Position numbers and translations under genes: made by a program. A stretch of 64,000 nucleotides of DNA from Marsupella aquatica (lineage: Eukaryota; Plantae; Marchantiophyta). The stretch covers positions 12,957,363 through 13,021,362 of the forward strand of contig OZ316895.1 in the NCBI GenBank assembly GCA_973895155.1, given 5' to 3'. The notes under the pieces were generated by a model. It saw only the letters and a list, made by a program, of their open reading frames with translations. It was not told the DNA's origin and searched no databases. How positions within the stretch are numbered: the stretch's first letter is position 1; each line of letters begins with the position of its first letter. Positions 62,619 through 64,000 of the stretch are shown here, one piece after another.

Positions 62619-64000
62619 GCCCTTGTGAAAGAGGCAGACACCTTGTCGATATCAACAGTGAAGCTGCCTTGAAAGATCCATGCTTAGAGATTACCGTGCA
62701 TCAAACTTCATGTACCCCGTGCTCAGAATATGTTGGATTACCTGTCCCCTTAACATATTTGTCTTGTATTGGGTGTCACATATTTTTAATACTGCTGTAC
62801 AGAGCAGTTGCACAAAGCTGGCTGGAAGAGTGGTCGACCTGAGACTATTTATTCAGTGCTGTTACGGAGCCTGAGTGGGGGTTCCCAAGGTTTATCTTGT
62901 AACATATGGGTGGACGAATGAAAGAATTGTAGTTGACCGAGAGTGTCAGTCTCCTATTATTTATCCAGAGAGATACGATATGCACATTGATCTTGAGCAG
63001 TCAATTCATCAACTCTCCTCTAGAGTTCGTGTCCTTTCTACTGCGAACGTGGTTGGGCAAGTACCATAGATTTTGCATATACCGTGTCGATCATCCCCAT
63101 GGGGATCAACAGGTAAGAAGCTCCGAGGGCAGATGTAGTGCGCTCATTATTTGAGAATCTTTGGGTCTCCTGCATTGAAAATAGAATGTTATGTCCATGC
63201 TCTGTTGGTGTTTATCTGGGGAGGTCCTTAGGAACTGAGAAACAGCTGATAATGCCAACCACAAGGATGGAATTCGCGAATATCTTCAAGAAGCCCCTAA
63301 TGTGCTTTGCAAGACCTTAATGTGAAAAGAGACTCCAAACTCATGATATAGCATGTAGATCATCCTGGAATATTCCTCTTTTTTGTGTTTTAGTGGTATG
63401 TAATTTATTTAATTTATTTTATATAAAAGAAGTAGATAATATAAAATATATGCCAAAAAAATAATATATGATAATTAAAAGTGAGGGACATAACACACAA
63501 ACCACATTCAAAGAAACTAACATTATGACCAAGACAGTAGAAAGGTACTAAAGAGTTGTGCACATATTTTCACTTGCTTCTAGCTAGCGACACTCAACTC
63601 AATTAAAATCATAAATTTTGTAAAGAAAACCAGGAGGGTAACTTAGTACACCAGATATGCACATTGTTCAAATTCATTTTTCACACTTTCATGATAAAAC
63701 AGAGGAGTGATTGAAAAGGAAAGATTAAACATTTATGAGGGGAGCCAAATATATTCAAAATATTCTAAGTTCACTAAAATTAAAAGGGGTTTAGAAGTTA
63801 ATTCAAAATCAAATTAATACAAATGATTCACAGGCACATTAAAATCAAAATACTTGACACAAAATATGAATAGGACAAAACCTCAAAGATGTATTCACCA
63901 TATAGTATCTTCATTCACAGATAGAATAGAGGAGAATAGAGGACTGGACTATGAAAGTAGACTCCCTCATTATGAAAACTCACAGAAAATAAAATTTGGA

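Overview
Eukaryotic nuclear DNA from a land plant, most likely a non-seed lineage such as a bryophyte (inferred from GT-AG introns, an algal-type PTOX and an ARMH3/C10orf76 homolog). Six protein-coding genes are supported: the 5' part of VPS34 (class III PI3K, minus strand, runs off the left edge), an intronless SpoU/TrmH RNA methyltransferase, an 11-exon plastid terminal oxidase with a long N-terminal extension, an intronless F-box protein, a 1395-aa single-exon ankyrin + 2x CCCH zinc finger + RRM protein, and a 7-exon ARMH3/C10orf76-like gene. Between the genes lie two solo LTRs of one family with perfect 5-bp TSDs, a MITE, a probable non-autonomous Helitron, decayed LINE and Gypsy remnants, and several unrelated tandem-repeat arrays that sit just upstream of gene 5' ends. 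The most notable items are the ANK-CCCH-RRM architecture, the plant ARMH3 homolog and the recurring promoter-proximal arrays. No tRNA, rRNA or CRISPR array was seen. Family assignments rest on manual translation and recalled motifs, not on database searches.
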